This document shows positions 61,581 through 64,000 of a stretch of DNA of 64,000 bases, one piece after another (the stretch's first letter is position 1; each line of letters starts with the position of its first letter). The notes beneath the pieces are model-generated. The model made no database searches. It had not been told where the DNA came from and worked only from the letters and a program-made list of their open reading frames with translations. Location: contig BCKZ01000007.1 of the NCBI GenBank assembly GCA_001600815.1, positions 916,059 through 980,058 of the forward strand, read 5' to 3'. Source of the stretch: Alloascoidea hylecoeti (lineage: Eukaryota). The position numbers and the translations under genes are program-made.

Positions 61581-63917
61581 ATTATTAATATTGAAAAGGC
61601 ATTTTTACACACTACTATTTTATTTTATTTTATTTTTCTCTTTCTGTAATTCTATACGTATATATTGCTTTAATCAAATTTGGACTAATAATGCGGCTAC
61701 AATATTCTTTAAATTGTTTTTTCTATTATGATCATCACAATAACAATCGTGTATGTTTTCAGGGCATTATAGATGTCTATCATATTTTATTTAACGTATA
61801 AATATAATAAAAAATATTAGCATGATTTTCTTAAATGATGAAAAGTTGAGTACCACAACAAATGGTAAGTGTTACCTAGTACTTATATTGTAGTTGAATG
61901 TTCGTATATTAGAATTAGGAGTATACTATTGTATATTATGCCTATACGGGTGTGACACTATGTGGCATCAATATAATGGACGAAGATGGGAATATCTGGC
62001 ATAGCTTAAAATCTGTACTTATTTTTGGATGATACCCAACCTATACCAAGCACTGATATTGAAAAAAGTGTGAAATGTCTGGGATGATTTTGCGACTCTT
62101 TTACAAAATATATTGACAAATTTATTTAGAGAAAGAGTAGGAGACATATACCAATTCAATGATAATCGGCGCTTTGACCGTGCCCGCAATTACAAATTTA
62201 TACAATGATTGAAAAGCTTCAATATTTCGAGCTGTATAAAACTAGTATTTTAACTCTTTTAGACGAAACTGATACGTACACTGTTTTTCACGTATTCTTC
62301 CTGAGCTCTCTCCATATTTGCTGATTGTATTCTGGCAATGTTTTTCTTGTACTACATATATGTTGATACTCAATTCGAAATCGCTAAATGGTACGAACAA
62401 GCCAAACTATTTTCTTGGTGAGTTGATTAGAGCGCTTACTAAAGCTAGAGATGAAGTTGGTTCCATACTTAACGAGTATGAGGATGTAACTGTTATAAGA
62501 TTTTCATCTGTGATGTTAAATTTGATAATAATGTGGTGGCTATGTTATCTAGACAATTATATATTTAACTAAATATGATTAGAATTTTGTTTTAAGTGGA
62601 GCAATATTATCCAATTGGAATTGTATATGCTCGGGGTTTATATTTTTTTAGAAGAGCATCAAAAGAAACCGAGAGAATTCGGAGATGACTTTATATCCAA
62701 TTGTAACGAATTCGAAGGATGTCTTCTGATGGAATTGATTATTATACAAGGGTAAAGATTACATTAGAGAGATTTTAGACATTAATCCTGTTTGCAATTG
62801 ATAATCAAAACTGGATCTAGATATATACCAATGTGGCATGTCGAATGATATCTGCTAGGAAATTCAAATAAAAGTATTGAAAGTCGCTGGAGAAAGCGAA
62901 TTCTATGATTAGAATTGATATATCATATCTAAGTTGTATATATTTCTAACGTTAACTGCTCTTAAAAACTTATCTTTATATAAAAATATACCATTAATTG
63001 TAATCCTCCACGTTGCTTCACAAGTTCATATTCTATTCCCCACAATTACATCTCAAATATAAGATAAATATTAAAGCAGTTGCGATCACGGAATTTGTTT
63101 TAAATACCGAATAAAATGCTTCATCTAAATTTGTTATCCAAACCCCGCGGCGTCTAGCCGTTTAGCCGTTCTGTGCGGCGTTTAACCTCTAAGCTGCAGG
63201 GTTTGTATTAAATCGATGCATTGCATATGCATAAAATGATAGAAGCTCATTGCTAGTTTTATAGATAGAATGGAGCAGAGGTTAGTTTTCCCATATAAAT
63301 ATATACTATATACTACATAGTAATAGTGTACTTGTTTTCAATTTTTTTTATGTTAATGACCGACAATAATATACTCATTTTATATATTATACATTTTCTC
63401 GGGCATTCAGTGCTTTACTAGTTGAAAGACTGAAAGTGTAGATATTTCACGTTTACAAACTTAAAATGGAGCTCTATTCTATTTTATTTTAAGTTATATA
63501 CTATATATGGCAATAGTACTACTATTGGTATATAAATGTCATATATATTTGTAATTATTTAAATTTGATTTGTCTCGAAGTTATCAGTCTAATGAAATAA
63601 GTATACGGTGTGTAATAGAATCATAAAGAATATACGATAACACTATCAATATTGAATAACTTTGATTAAACTTACTTCATTAACTAATAGATACCATAAT
63701 TTGATATAATTGAACTAATTGTATATAAGAAGTGTTGAAGATTATATTTTGTGTTTGTTGCACACGGACTTCAGAAGTTCAGATTGTTAAGCCATTGTCG
63801 TTCAACCAATATTGCAATTATCACAAGGATCGTTATTATTATTATCATTTATGCAGCTACAACCACTCTAAATCTATATTCGGTATATACTAGAACTAAT
63901 TAATTGTAAACTTGGCA

Positions 63918-63955
63918 CTGATAAGTTCTGATAAGTTCTGATAAGTTCTGATAAC
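63918..63955 (+). repeat. 10-bp tandem repeat (CTGATAAGTT)x3.8 containing four GATAA sites
   Basis: ctgataagtt ctgataagtt ctgataagtt ctgataac read directly. Confidence 0.9.
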
Positions 63956-64000
63956 TGCTTTCTTCAAAACCCAAAATATAATAATAAATCTAAAGTTAGT

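Overview
AT-rich nuclear DNA of a budding yeast (Saccharomycotina-like). It has short 53-98 nt spliceosomal introns, and CTG reads as Leu at conserved positions. Housekeeping genes: PIH1, TFC4, UFD1, CWC23, LTO1, IRA-type RasGAP, RNY1, SWF1, a G-patch protein, TAF5, PGI1 and a SAP1/YTA6 AAA ATPase, plus an intron-containing U3 snoRNA. The left 18 kb is accessory or detoxification-type: a DHA2 MFS pump, nitronate monooxygenase, a Zn2Cys6 factor, head-to-head aldo-keto reductases, an arylsulfatase, protease relics and a dead Ty3/gypsy element. Four items stand out. (1) A 180-bp segment of the retroelement RT is inverted between 8-bp inverted repeats, and flipping it restores one Gag-PR-RT frame. 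(2) An intronless F-box/WD40 gene of foreign appearance has a GC-rich, uORF-bearing leader and sits between what look like the two ends of a decayed alcohol dehydrogenase gene. (3) Perfect micro-palindromes are common in the intergenic DNA. (4) There is a candidate H/ACA snoRNA and an orphan intron. Family assignments come from motif recognition by eye, not from database searches.
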